A stretch of DNA of 63,687 bases, filler included, from Dehalococcoidia bacterium (GTDB lineage: Bacteria; Chloroflexota; Dehalococcoidia; DSTF01; JACRBR01), in the NCBI GenBank assembly GCA_041494685.1. It is 3 parts of 3 records of this genome, joined end to end, with 100 filler letters (N's around TTAATTAATTAA, not from the genome) between each part and the next. Parts side by side here need not be neighbours in the genome. Positions count along the whole stretch, not along the records: positions 48,138 to 63,687 come from JBGQBE010000061.1; 2 more parts are not named here. One strand, written 5' to 3'. The notes below the pieces were generated by a model. It was not told the origin of the DNA. It worked only from the letters and a program-made list of their open reading frames with translations, and searched no databases. This document shows positions 56,287 through 63,687 of this stretch, piece after piece; the stretch's first letter is position 1; the number at the start of each line of letters is the position of its first letter. The translations under genes and the position numbers were made by a program.

Positions 56287-57375
56287 ATGAAGGTGAACGA
56301 GATCCCGACGCCGGCCCTGATCGTCGATGTGCGGGCGATGGAGCGGAACATCGAGCGGATGGCGGCGTACTTCGCCGGGCGGACGTGCAAGCTGCGGCCG
56401 CACTTCAAGGCGCACAAGACGCCGGCCATCGCCAGGCGGCAGCTCGCGGCGGGCTCGTGCACCGGGCTCACGTGCGCCACGGTAGGCGAGGCGGAGGTCG
56501 TGTTGCGCGAGCGCCTGACGGACGAGATCCTGATCGCGAACCAGGTCGTCGGCCCGGGCAAGGCGGAGCGCGTCGCGAAGATCGCCGGACAGGCGAGCGT
56601 CATCGTCGCGGTCGATTCGGAGTACGGCCTGCGAGACATCGCGCTGGCGGCACGGATGGCGGGCACGCAGGTGGGCGTGCTGGTGGACGTGGGTGTGGGG
56701 CTGCCGCGCTGCGGCATCGCGCCGGGCGAGCCGGCGGTGGCGCTGGCGCGGCTGGTGCAGGAGACCGAGGGCGTCGTTCTGCGCGGCGTCATGGGCTACG
56801 AGGGCCACGTGGTCGGCATCGAGGACCGCGCTGACCGCGAGGAGAAGACGCAGAAGGCGATGGAGCGGCTGCTCCGCACAGCGACGATGGTGCGCGAGGC
56901 GGGGCTGCGCTGCGACATCGTCAGCGGCGGCGGCACCGGCACGTACGACATCACCGGCGCGATGGAGGGGATCACCGAGGTCCAGGCGGGGTCGTACGTG
57001 CTGATGGACACGGCGTACGCGAAGCTCGACATCCCGTTCGCGCAGGCGTTCAGCGTGCTGGGCACGGTGCTGAGCCGGCCGCGTCCTGAGCAGTGCGCGG
57101 CGGACAACGGGCACAAGGCCTGCTCCGTCGATCACGGCAACCCGGCCGTGAAGGGCGTCGCGGGCGCGACGGTGCTCTTCCTCAGCGACGAGCACGCGAC
57201 GATCGGGCTGCCGGCGGACTGCGCGCTCGCGGTCGGCGACCGCATCGAACTGTGGCCCTCGCACATCGACCCGACGATCAACCTGCACGATGCGATGTAC
57301 GCGGTGGAGGGCGACGACGTGGTGGAGGTGTGGCCGATCGCCGCGCGCGGCTACCCGGAGCAGCGGGCGCGCTGA
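56287..57375 (+). CDS. DSD1/D-threonine aldolase-like PLP enzyme
   Basis: PTPALIVD, LRPHFKAHK, MGYEGH, GGGTGT, QAGSYVLMD, SDEH, HIDPT.NLHD. Confidence 0.88.
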   Translation: MKVNEIPTPALIVDVRAMERNIERMAAYFAGRTCKLRPHFKAHKTPAIARRQLAAGSCTGLTCATVGEAEVVLRERLTDEILIANQVVGPGKAERVAKIAGQASVIVAVDSEYGLRDIALAARMAGTQVGVLVDVGVGLPRCGIAPGEPAVALARLVQETEGVVLRGVMGYEGHVVGIEDRADREEKTQKAMERLLRTATMVREAGLRCDIVSGGGTGTYDITGAMEGITEVQAGSYVLMDTAYAKLDIPFAQAFSVLGTVLSRPRPEQCAADNGHKACSVDHGNPAVKGVAGATVLFLSDEHATIGLPADCALAVGDRIELWPSHIDPTINLHDAMYAVEGDDVVEVWPIAARGYPEQRAR

Positions 57376-57379
57376 CGGG

Positions 57380-57820
57380 TCAGCCCGCCTCGCAGTGACG
57401 CTTGATGGCGCGCAGCGACGCGCCGACCGTAGCCTTCGTGGCCCGGCCGATGTAGGCGCGCTCGATCAGCGCGCCGAGCAGCGGCCACGGCACGCGCACG
57501 AGCATCGCGGCGGTGAGCCGGGTGCCTTCGCCCAGCGGTTGCAGCGTGTAGGTCTCGTCGAAGCGGAAGGGGCCGACAGCAAGCAGAGAGCGCAGGCGTT
57601 GCGACGCAACGACCTCCCGTGGACGATCGTGCAGGAGACGGAAGGGGCCGTTGGCGTAGCGCCAGCGGACGTGCTGGCCGGGCTGCGGATAGTCGGGCGG
57701 GGCGTCGAGCGCGCCGGCGACGCCGGTATCCCATTGCACGACCTCAGCGGGGTCGCAGAGCGCGCGCCAGACGCGCGCGGGCGGCGCGGCGATCTCGACC
57801 GTCACATCGAAGGCGTACAC
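57380..57820 (-). CDS. SRPBCC family protein
   Basis: VEIAAPPARVWRAL.DP..W; C-terminal LRAIKRHCE. Confidence 0.75.
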   Translation of the reverse strand: MYAFDVTVEIAAPPARVWRALCDPAEVVQWDTGVAGALDAPPDYPQPGQHVRWRYANGPFRLLHDRPREVVASQRLRSLLAVGPFRFDETYTLQPLGEGTRLTAAMLVRVPWPLLGALIERAYIGRATKATVGASLRAIKRHCEAG

Positions 57821-57825
57821 GCCGC

Positions 57826-58725
57826 TCAGTCTCCCGGCGCGAGCAGCCGCTCGAGCAGCGCGGCGTCGCGCGAGAAGAGTCCGGCGGCGGGCAGGCGGCG
57901 CAGCAGCTCCGCCCAGCGGGGGTCGGCGCGCACCGCCTGCGCGATGAGCGCGCGCGCCTCGGCGGGCTGCGTGCGGGCGAGGCTGAGTCCGAGCCAGAAC
58001 GCGATCTCCACGTTGTCCGGCGCCAGCTCGCGCGCGGCGCGGATGTGGGGCATCGCCTCGTCGATCTTGCCGGCGGTGAGCAGCTCTTCGCCGCGGCCCT
58101 GCGCGTCGTAGGCGCGGCGCAGCGTGAGCAGACGGCGCAGCTCGACGAGCGGCTCCGTGTGGTCTTCGACGCGCAGGTCGACCGGCCGATCGAGCCACGG
58201 GCGGCGGGTGTTCGTGCTGTTGACGACGACGATCGCCGCGGACTGGCGGCCGCGGAGATCGCCGCCCTCGGCCTCGGCGGCATCGAGCGCGGCGAGCATA
58301 CGGTGAGCGAGATCGCCGGATTCGGCGTCGTAGGCGCGGAGCATGGCGTCCGGGACGGTGTCGCGCTCCATCATGTTGGCCTGCACGCTGACGGCTGCGC
58401 CGATGCGGTGCCCGGCGTGGGCGATGCAGCGGTCGCCGGTGTGCGCGGCGACGTTGCCGACGGCGTCGATCATCGCCACCTGGCGCAGCGCCGCGCCGGG
58501 GTCGGCCGTTAGCAGCGCCCGCAGCGCGTCGGGCGCGGTCATGCCGCTGCGCATCAGGTCGAGGCCGCGCGGGCCGTAGGCGGGCTCGACGATCGACTGG
58601 GTCGCCACGGCGCCGACGCCCGTTTCGAGCCAGGGCACGACGGGGCCGACGGAGAAGTAGTGCGACTGGACGGCGACGCCCATCTGCCCGGTGACAGCGT
58701 CGCGCGCGACGATGGAGTAGGTCAC
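57826..58725 (-). CDS. DUF1028 (Ntn-hydrolase-like) protein with TPR-like tail
   Basis: TYSIVARD, GAVATQS, GGDLRGRQSAA, DLRVEDH..P..EL.RL. Confidence 0.85.
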   Translation of the reverse strand: MTYSIVARDAVTGQMGVAVQSHYFSVGPVVPWLETGVGAVATQSIVEPAYGPRGLDLMRSGMTAPDALRALLTADPGAALRQVAMIDAVGNVAAHTGDRCIAHAGHRIGAAVSVQANMMERDTVPDAMLRAYDAESGDLAHRMLAALDAAEAEGGDLRGRQSAAIVVVNSTNTRRPWLDRPVDLRVEDHTEPLVELRRLLTLRRAYDAQGRGEELLTAGKIDEAMPHIRAARELAPDNVEIAFWLGLSLARTQPAEARALIAQAVRADPRWAELLRRLPAAGLFSRDAALLERLLAPGD

Positions 58726-59612
58726 GAGGCGGCCTCCGCGGTGACGCCCGCGCGCGTGAGCTGCTCGCTGACTTCCCAGAGCCGCTTCGCGACGGCCTCG
58801 TCGCGCGACTCGGCGTTCGATTCGCGCTGGCGGCACTTCACGAAGTAGGCGCCGGTGACGCCTTCGACGTCCGGCGACGAGGCCAGGTAGATCGTCGTCT
58901 CCGCGCCCTTCTCGGGCGTGATGAAGAACGGACGGCCGATCACCTGGAACACGGCGAACGCGCCGCCGACGAAGCCGCCGTTGCTCTTGCCGAAGTTGGT
59001 CCGCACGACGCCGGGGTGCAGGCAGTTCGCCGTGACGCCGGTGCCGGCGAGCCGTCGCGCCAGTTCGTAGGTGAAGAGCACGTTGGCCAGCTTGGACTGG
59101 CCGTACGTGCGCATGCCGCTGTAGCGCCGCTCGCCCTGCAGGTCGTCGAAGTTCATGTGGCCGCCGACGTGCGCGTCGGAGCTGACGTTGACGACGCGGG
59201 CCGGGGCGCTGGCCTTCAGCGTGTCGAGGAGGAGCTCCGTGAGCAGGAAGTACGCCAGGTGGTTGACGGCGAAGGTGGTCTCGTAGCCGTCGACGGTGGT
59301 GGAGCGGCCGGCGTTGTAGGCGCCGGCGTTGTTGACCAGCACGTGCAGCCGGTCGTGGCCGGTCTTGAAGTCGGCCGCGAGCCGGCGGACCTCCGCGAGC
59401 GACGAGAGGTCCGCGACGAGCAGTTCGACGGCGTCGTTGCCCGTCTCACGCTTGATCTGCGCCGCGGTCGCTTCGCCTTTCGCGCGGTTGCGCGCGACGA
59501 TCACGGTGCGCGCGCCCATGCGGGCCAGCGCGGTGGCCGTCGGCACGCCGATGCCGCTGGTGGCGCCCGTCACGAGCACCGTTTTGCCGCTGAGGTCGGG
59601 GCTGGTTGCCAT
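58722..59612 (-). CDS. SDR oxidoreductase (retinol dehydrogenase-like)
   Basis: TGATSGIG, NNAG, FAVNHLA, YGQSK, HPGVVRT. Confidence 0.9.
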   Translation of the reverse strand: MATSPDLSGKTVLVTGATSGIGVPTATALARMGARTVIVARNRAKGEATAAQIKRETGNDAVELLVADLSSLAEVRRLAADFKTGHDRLHVLVNNAGAYNAGRSTTVDGYETTFAVNHLAYFLLTELLLDTLKASAPARVVNVSSDAHVGGHMNFDDLQGERRYSGMRTYGQSKLANVLFTYELARRLAGTGVTANCLHPGVVRTNFGKSNGGFVGGAFAVFQVIGRPFFITPEKGAETTIYLASSPDVEGVTGAYFVKCRQRESNAESRDEAVAKRLWEVSEQLTRAGVTAEAAS

Positions 59613-59785
59613 ATCGACTCCGTTCGCTATGCCGGTTGCGGGGAGGGCCGTCCTCCACAGATTACACAGATGACGCCGATGGGGTTTGGTTGAGGTGTTG
59701 TTTTTCGGGAAATTGCGTTCTTTCTGATTGAGTTGCATCGGCAACCGGGGTGCGCTGGCTGATTGATGCGCGGGCGCCTGCGGCG

Positions 59786-59910
59786 CACAGCAAACGGCCG
59801 GCGACAGCAGACAACAGACAGCAGACAACAGAGGGGGGCCGGCGCCGCGCGGGGGTAGGTGACGGCAAACAGCAAACGGCAAGCAGCAAAGGGCAGGCGA
59901 ACGGCAACCG
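59786..59910 (-). repeat. Heptamer tandem repeats, same family as 28037..28200
   Basis: GACAGCA/GACAACA/AACGGCA units on plus strand. Confidence 0.7.
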
Positions 59911-59929
59911 GCGGGCGGCAAGGCGCGCA

Positions 59930-60520
59930 TCAGGCTGGTGGTGCATCAAAGGGCCAGTTGTCGTCCGGGTCATCGGCTCGTTCCACTTCTTCCATCAGGC
60001 CGGGGGTGAACCAGGCTTCCATGACGGGGACGAATCGTGCCTCGCGGAGGCGGCGGACGTGTTCGGCGCGGTCGAGTTGGAGGTTCGTGGCGCGGAGCCT
60101 GGCGAGGAGGCGGGCCGTGCGCAGGAGTTGCTGGGGGCTGCGGCGGGCGGGGCGCGTGAGGCGGCGGCCGGTGAAGGCGTCGCGGCCGTGGGTCTGCTCG
60201 TAGATGGCGATCTCGGCGAGGACGGCGTCGGATTCGGCGCCGAGCTGGGCGGTGTCGGCGAGGGCGCCGGTGGTGGCGCGGAGGTGGGCGGCGGCGGGGT
60301 GGTCGTGGAGGAAGCGGGCCATGACGAGGCCGACCTCGCGGATGGCGGTGTTGCGGGCGCGGGCGGACGCGCCGAGATGCAGGAGTACCTCGCGGGTCTC
60401 GGGGTCGTGCATGAGGGCGAGCACGACGGCCTTGACACGCCCGGAGTGAGCGCCGGTCTTGAGTGCGTTCGTGTTGCCGAGCGGCGCGCCTGCGCCCGGG
60501 CGGCGTCCTCCTCTCGGCAT
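59930..60520 (-). CDS. Hypothetical protein with N-terminal GAP.GN.NALK.G motif
   Basis: MPRGGRRPGAGAPLGNTNALKTG resembles small-terminase-like N-termini; SD AGGGGG. Confidence 0.6.
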   Translation of the reverse strand: MPRGGRRPGAGAPLGNTNALKTGAHSGRVKAVVLALMHDPETREVLLHLGASARARNTAIREVGLVMARFLHDHPAAAHLRATTGALADTAQLGAESDAVLAEIAIYEQTHGRDAFTGRRLTRPARRSPQQLLRTARLLARLRATNLQLDRAEHVRRLREARFVPVMEAWFTPGLMEEVERADDPDDNWPFDAPPA

Positions 60521-60788
60521 GTTGGCCCCCCTTTCTTCCGCAGATGGCGCAGATGCCTGGGGGCGATGGTACGCGGGCGGGGGCGGAAGTCTAAGGGCGG
60601 CGTGTCACCGGGGGCTGGGCGGTCAGAGAACGGAGACTGGGATTACAGCACGCACGTTCTAGTTCAAATCCTCAAGCAGCCCTGACTTGACGCCGATGCT
60701 ATAGTGACTGCAGAGGGATTGACGGCCATCTACGTTGCTCGCTAAGGTAGAGGCCAGCCAAGAAAGAGCGAGGGAGGAGGTACATGAC

Positions 60789-60980
60789 GTGGCTAAGCCC
60801 ATAGAAGGCATCCCCGTATTCAAAGGGCCGGCGGCCGCATGGCTAGACGAGTACCTCGATAACGCTAAGCCCGCTAGCAAGAAGGTGCGCGCTGATGCCG
60901 CCTTTGACTTAGAGGTTCGCAAGAGGGTCGTACCTCTTGCTGAGCTCCGTGCGTTGAATGCAAAGCGGCCCACCACCTAG
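60789..60980 (+). CDS. Small protein (63 aa), possible antitoxin
   Basis: SD GGAGG before GTG; MAKPIEGIPVFKG; upstream TG-n-TATAGT. Confidence 0.6.
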   Translation: MAKPIEGIPVFKGPAAAWLDEYLDNAKPASKKVRADAAFDLEVRKRVVPLAELRALNAKRPTT

Positions 60981-61003
60981 GTGGGTCGCTCGCTTTCGCC
61001 CGG

Positions 61004-61555
61004 TTACCTGGACGCGTAGAGGTCGTAGAACATCCAGTACATCGAATTTTGCACGTAATCTCTGTACGTGGCGTTCTCGTCCTTCTCGCGCATTCTTATG
61101 AACCTCTGACGTTCGTAGAATCCAACAGCAGCAACGTTCTCCACGTCGACCTGTAAAGCGAGCATGCGACAGCCGATCGGGAGTTCTCGCGCCATCTGAC
61201 GTACGACAGCTATGATCTTCTTGCCGTAGCCTCGTCGCTGTTCCGCCTCCGAAACCCCCAACCTACCGATAAGCAAGGCCGGGACGATTTCGTATGGGAG
61301 GCGATGCCCCTTTACGTTCGCACGGTTAATGTGAGCAGCCGAGACAGCCACAAACCCTACCGGCTCAGCTGAAGCTCCGTAGCACAAGTAGGTCTTACTG
61401 ACCTCATAGGCTTGATGCGCAAGAGCATCGTCGCGCAAGTACTCATTCAGGTCAACGTGCCACGCTTCGGCGCCACACGAGAACCCGGCGAAGTCTCGAA
61501 GCCCCTCTTCGGTTAACGGCTCGAAGGCAAATTTGTCGTCTGACGTGAGTGTCAC
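61004..61555 (-). CDS. GNAT acetyltransferase, toxin-like
   Basis: FSCG....DLNEYL, PALLIGRLGVS..QRRGYG, AVGFYER; GTGA overlap with upstream ATPase stop. Confidence 0.8.
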   Translation of the reverse strand: MTLTSDDKFAFEPLTEEGLRDFAGFSCGAEAWHVDLNEYLRDDALAHQAYEVSKTYLCYGASAEPVGFVAVSAAHINRANVKGHRLPYEIVPALLIGRLGVSEAEQRRGYGKKIIAVVRQMARELPIGCRMLALQVDVENVAAVGFYERQRFIRMREKDENATYRDYVQNSMYWMFYDLYASR

Positions 61556-63195
61556 GGAACGCGCTCCCGCAGCGAGCCGAGGCGCTGCCCCAGCACTCGC
61601 TTTACGGCCATCTCGATGTGGTAGCGTGGCATGACGGCGGCCGTCAGGGCTTCCTCGGACAGTGATTGTCTCAGATTGTCGATGTCCCATTCGCGCGAAC
61701 CGCGTAGCGCACGTGTGCCGATCACCGTCTCGATGAGTGCTTGCTCAAACCACTCCCGGACAGTTTCGCGCACCGTGTCGCGGGCACCGGGCACGTCCTG
61801 GTAGCGCTGCGTCCACCGCTCGATGAAGTCTGTGAACGCTCTGAAATCGGCGTTGATGAGGAGACGGTTCTGATCGTGTAGGTATTTCGCCGCTCTATCC
61901 TCGAGGTCTGGGGCCGTACGTGTTCCCGCCTCAACGGAGATCCAAATCACGTCGGGATCGGCATTGCCGATGATTTCATCCGCGTTCTCTCCTTCTTCGG
62001 CGAGGAACAGCGCATAGACGTTGCCGGCTTGTCCCCCGCCGCCGCGCGATCCTCCTCGACGACCACCGCCGGACGGCTCGTCCGTGGCTTCGCTCTTGTC
62101 GTGTCCCAGGACAATGCTGTCCGGGTCAACCTTGTGTTTCCCGCTCGGCGCAGGACGATACCGACTAAGTCGGAAGAGTTCGCGGATCTGCTTCAGCCTC
62201 TCGCGGATCGCCTGACGGTGATCCCCAGAATGCGAGCCCGACGCTACGTCCTCCATCAAAGACTTGATCTCGTCCGGCATGGCCGCCCGGAACTCTGCCG
62301 CCCATTCGGCCCACGGCATAGGGTTAGCGTCGATCAAGAGATGCGTCCGGGCGGTATTGGACGTTAACCGGCGATCTTGTGCCGGCTGAGGTTCGATGTA
62401 GATCACGACTCGCTGTGAGCCGAAAATCACACCAAAGTTCTGCAGCCGTGCGGTGCCGGCTCGCCCGGCAGCCATTTCGTACAGCTCGTCTTTGTACAAG
62501 GCAGCGACGTGACCCGTGGACGCCAGGTTACCGGAGTTCTGAGAAAGTGATGCGTCATCCTTCAAGATCCACCAATGCGCCGTCGCGCCTGAAAGCTCGA
62601 CCGAACCTTTCGACTCCGCCTGCCTCTCCAAATACGGTGATTGGCCAGTTAAGGTGCGGAGCAAGTTGCTATCGGTGTTGCTCCGCGGGTGTTCCCAGCC
62701 TTCTCGCGCCCTGACGACGACGCCGTCCGGGAAGCGAAAGAACCGAGTATTGAGGTAATAGGTCACCCAACGTGAAGGACTCGGTGCGCCTACGGGAGCC
62801 GCCATCGTATCAGCCTCCTCGTCGTTCCCCGGTAGGACGACCATTGTCCCATGCTCCCCGATCTGAGGTGGCTTCACGTCATCGGTTACGGCGACCCAAT
62901 GGGCGAACGATCCGTCGCGCTTTTCGAACTGACGCAGCCCGTAGGTGCCAGTTTCTGGATCGCGCCACAGATGAATCATGGCACCGTGACCATCCTTCCA
63001 CGATAGGTAGATCAGCCCGGCATGATTTCGCGTGGCGGCGGCGATCTTTGCGCCGACGCCAAAGTTGGTGTCATAGCTTTGAAGGCGGCCGGACGAAGAA
63101 AGCTTGTTGATGTACTCGACCATCTCGGGACCGGTCATACCGATTCCGGAGTCGACAACCGAAAGCTTAAAGATGTCGGTGAGCGTGTGAGTGCA
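61552..63195 (-). pseudogene. GHKL (HATPase_c/MORC-like) ATPase, apparently 5'-truncated
   Basis: VVDSGIGM, NFGVGAK and HGTMV boxes present; no E-x3-N box upstream. Confidence 0.6.
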
Positions 63196-63393
63196 ATCGG
63201 CTCGTGGACAGTCGTTCGGACAACTCATTCTACACGATCTACACATCTATCGCTCACCGGAAGCACGCCTCGTCGCCAGGCGGGGAGGCCGGCTGCGCCT
63301 GCATCGGCGAACGGACCTCCCCTCGGGCCCGCTTCGGCGCCAGAATCCGCGAGCCGCTGTGGCGGTCTTTCGTGCGGGGTAGGACGGCTGTGC

Positions 63394-63687
63394 TCAGCTG
63401 GCGAAGACTTCTTCGGCGGGGGTGATGCGGATGGCTACGGGGCGGATGGCGAGGTCGCGGGCGCCGATCACCTCGTCTTCTTCCAGCACGGACGGCGGTT
63501 TCGGGGCGTCGTAGGCGATCGTCGCGGGCTCGCGGGAGAGGAGGGCGGCGCGCAGGGCGTCGGCGTCGTGCGTGACGGCGACGACGCTGAGGTCGCGGTA
63601 CGAGAGGTGGCGGCGGAGGGCGTCGTTCACGGCGGCGACGGTGAGCGCGGACATGCGGGCGCGCATGGTCGAGGTGAACTCGCCGAT
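63394..63687 (-). CDS. C-terminus of probable M16 family peptidase (runs off window)
   Basis: LTVAAVNDALRRHL, I.YDAPKP..VLEED..I pattern. Confidence 0.5.
   Translation of the reverse strand: MGEFTSTMRARMSALTVAAVNDALRRHLSYRDLSVVAVTHDADALRAALLSREPATIAYDAPKPPSVLEEDEVIGARDLAIRPVAIRITPAEEVFAS

Noticed and set aside
54163..57288. Very long alternative-frame ORFs (697 aa, 618 aa and many similar)
   Set aside because: Shadow ORFs of GC-rich genes: Arg/Ala/Gly-rich with no motifs, overlapping well-supported CDSs
59930..60520. Prophage terminase small subunit
   Set aside because: Only a short N-terminal motif matches; no large terminase or other phage genes adjacent

Overview
GC-rich bacterial DNA, most consistent with Chloroflexota (Dehalococcoidia-like); this is inferred from gene content. 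The window is three contigs joined by artificial N/TTAATTAATTAA spacers (24215-24314, 48038-48137), so linkage across the gaps is unproven. Contig 1 opens with an archaeal-type motility (archaellum) cluster: at least 3 archaellins, a fused ArlC/D/E-like protein, ArlG, ArlF and ArlJ, followed by a peptidoglycan amidase. It continues with metabolic genes, an ApbE/ferric-reductase module, a promoter-driven 13-codon leader with attenuator-like RNA before a pyrE-like gene, bS22, rpsA and a truncated clpC. Contig 2 holds a promoter-defined 128-nt structured RNA that I cannot assign to a family, galTK, dapL and hflX. It also holds a c-di-GMP/sigma-28 locus (GDDEF protein, HD-GYP protein, FliA/WhiG sigma factor under a c-di-GMP-I riboswitch, two TetRs, sigma-28-like promoters, a 6-codon micro-ORF), a sugar-catabolism operon, and tRNA-Phe with upstream 5'-half tRNA scars and cargo genes. 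Contig 3 has cofD, rsmG, an extended greA, lipid metabolism genes and a lower-GC GHKL-ATPase/GNAT islet. All calls come from reading motifs by eye; no searches or folding programs were run.
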